A stretch of DNA of 64,000 nt from Octopus bimaculoides. Its lineage: Eukaryota. Both the position numbers and the translations under genes were made by a program. The stretch is taken from the NCBI RefSeq assembly GCF_001194135.2, contig NC_068992.1, forward strand, positions 66,152,050-66,216,049. Direction: 5' to 3'. Positions 61,570-64,000 of this stretch are shown one piece after another (position 1 is the stretch's first letter; every line of letters starts with the position of its first letter). The notes beneath the pieces are model-generated. The model ran no database searches, was not told the DNA's origin, and saw only the letters and a list, made by a program, of their open reading frames with translations.

Positions 61570-62313
61570 AAACGATTGTGCTGGTATGGTCATGTGGCGA
61601 GAATGGATGATGATAGCTGTGTGAAAAAGTGCCACTCCCTTGCAGTTGAGGGAACCTGTGGAAGAGGTAGGCCCAGGAAGACCTGGGATGAGGTGGTGAG
61701 GCACGACCTTCAAACATTGGGCCTCACTGAGGCGATGACTTCTGACCGAGACCTTTGGAAATACACTGTGCGTGAGAAGACCCGTCAAGCCAAGTGAGAC
61801 GTAAATCCAAGGCCTCCGCCAGGGGAGTAGCCAGCCCACTTATGCGTACCTTCCTTCATTGGACACAAAACTCCACTTGCGAAGACTTGTTGAGGCAAGT
61901 GAAATCGGAATTGAAATCGAACTAAATTCGACGACTGGCACCCATGCCAATGTCGTCTCCTTCATTGGACACGATACTCGGCTTGCGAAGACCTGTTGGG
62001 GCAAGCGAAACCGAAATCGTGATGACACTTGTGCCGGTGGCACGTGTAAAGACGTTCGAGTGAGATCGCTGCCAGTGCCGCTGGACTGGCTCCTGTGCAG
62101 GTGGCATGTAAAGTACACCATTTTGAGCATGACTGTTGCCAGTACCACCTGACTGGCCCTCGTGTTGGTGGCATGTAAAAGCACCCACTACACTCTCAGA
62201 GTGGTTGGCGTTAGGAAGGGCATCCAGCTGTAGAAACTCTGCCAAATCAGATTGGAGCCTGGTGTAGCTATCCGGTTCACCAGTCCTCAGTCAAATCGTC
62301 CAACCCATGCTAG
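61570..62313 (+). mobile_element. RTE-clade LINE 3' end (ORF terminus plus long, internally repeated 3'UTR)
   Basis: WYGHVARM...VEGTCGRGRPRKTWDEVV...DRDLW; UTR ends ...gtcaaatcgtccaacccatgctagc. Confidence 0.85.
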
Positions 62314-62394
62314 CTGAATTTCTGGAGTTTAGAGTCACCTGCAAAAGCAGCTTTTTATTATTATTTAACTGTTACCTACATGTGTGTGGCAACT

Positions 62395-62430
<36 letters not shown>

Positions 62431-63790
62431 ACATATATATCAAGCAGCTGGGCAGATATATTTGTGCCTATTCATTTTTGTGACTGGTATTGTTTTTATC
62501 AAGTTCCTTTTAGTCTCATAACTTAGCAGGTTGACAAAGATTGATAAAATAAAGAACCAAACAGAAATAAACACAGTGGGGGTGAAATAAATATGATTGA
62601 AGAAACTCCTGAAGGCAGTGCCCCAGCATGGCCTTTCTATATCATTTAGTTTTCTTCTCTCACTTGTTTCAGTCACTGGACTGTAGCCATGATGCAGGGG
62701 CACCATCTTCAATTGTTTATCATGCAAATCAACCCCAGTACTTCATACTTATGCTGTCAGTTTCCTTTGCTGAAATGCTAAGTTACAGGGGACATAAACA
62801 AACCAACACCAGTTGTCGAGTGGTGGTGGTGGTGGGGCCAAACACACATGTATACATACATGTTACATATATATACAACAGGCTTCTTTCAGTTTCCATC
62901 TACCAAATCCATTCACAAGGCTTTGGTCGGACCAAAGCTTTAGTAGAAGACACTTGCCGAAGGTGCCACGCAATGGGACTGAACCTGGAGCCATGTGGAT
63001 GGGGAGCTAGCTTCTTACCACACAGCCATGCTTACACATACACATGTGTGTGTCTGTATACACACACACACACACACATGTAGCAATGACATAAAAGTAA
63101 GCACACCCCCCCACCTCCTCTGCAAAAAAATGTGTTAAACCATTACTAACTAGTTTTTCTTCCTTTCATAACAATGCCCTCCCTGACACGCCATTCACTG
63201 CATATGGCGCGCTCTTGCACTTGTGTATGCATGCACGCACGTGTATGTGTGTGTGTGTGTATGAGTGACAGATCAAATTACCAATGTGTTACTACCCACA
63301 AAAGTCTTTCTTTCTTCTCCACCACCACCACCACCCATGGCTTATAAGTCTGTTTGTTTGTTTGTCCCCATGTCTGCTTTCTCCCCCTTATCTCCTAACT
63401 CCATTCTACTACCTACATTCATTACTAGGCTTTCTTTTCTCCTCTGCTCCAACAGTTTCTGTTCTTTAGCTGTTGACTTAGCTGTACAGTATCATCATCA
63501 TCACCACCACCATCATCATCATCATCATCATCGTTATTATTATTTATTCTGCCATTGTTCCCTCTGCAGCTCTCACTCCTCACATACCAGCTGTGCCAAG
63601 TAAAGCAACCAGCTGGCCTTTTTGTAGTTGTTGCTGTTGTTGCTGTTGTCTGTCTTTGTGGCTTCTTTTGTTGTTGTACTTACTGTTGAGTAGGCCTCAA
63701 AGCTACATACCCCACTGCCTTCCTGCCAGCTTACCACATTCGCTTTCATATATATTTCATATATATATGAGAGACACAGGTAATAAGATG

Positions 63791-63841
<51 letters not shown>

Positions 63842-64000
63842 CATGCTTATACAAGGTGGAAGTGAAAGTCAGATGTGCAAGTTTGTGGGTTCAATTCCCA
63901 CCCTGCTCTCTCATTGTACCCGTTTACACTTGTAAATTTAGGTAAACACTTCTCTAGATACAGGTATATATGTCATTAATATCAATATGCCTGTATGTAT

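Noticed and set aside
63590-63760. Candidate DAP3 N-terminal exons (donor-like gtaagt near 63680 and gtatgt near 63585)
   Set aside because: Translations show no resemblance to a mitochondrial targeting peptide or the DAP3 N-terminus.
1-64000. Most ORF-track entries (poly-HT, YI, CV, SL, H, D, and X-filled ORFs)
   Set aside because: They are translations of (CA)n, (TA)n, (GA)n, triplet repeats, N gaps or antisense repeat sequence; no domain content.
1-64000. CRISPR arrays, rRNA, prokaryotic operons or defence systems
   Set aside because: The sequence is spliceosomal-intron-rich animal DNA; no repeat-spacer arrays or bacterial-type genes.

Overview
Eukaryotic, AT-rich, microsatellite-saturated genomic DNA with several N gaps. 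The repeat landscape (tRNA-derived SINEs, RTE and R4/Dong LINEs, mariner/pogo/hAT remnants) points to a coleoid cephalopod, most likely Octopus; this is an inference. Two intron-rich genes lie in tandem on the minus strand. (1) Cobalamin-dependent methionine synthase MTR: 29 exons from a probable ATG at 28758 down to 520, 3150 nt or 1050 codons with consistent reading phase at every junction; its last exons lie left of the window. (2) DAP3/MRPS29 (mitochondrial small-subunit ribosomal protein mS29): 11 exons, 59394 to the stop at 35614; its N-terminal exon(s) were not located. Almost all other entries in the ORF track are microsatellite or repeat noise. The most unusual signal is a set of intronic fold-back (long inverted-repeat) elements and minimal type I hammerhead-ribozyme-like motifs of Penelope-like type. 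The best is a 372-nt rod with 128-nt arms and a CUGAUGA/GAAA/GUC hammerhead in its loop, inside a DAP3 intron that looks U12-type. Also notable: an inverted duplication that would base-pair over a DAP3 5' splice site (candidate ADAR or splicing switch), a decayed copy of the U12 donor, a recursive-splice-site-like exon in MTR, and a decayed DIRS element with a promoter-like motif cluster in MTR intron 1.
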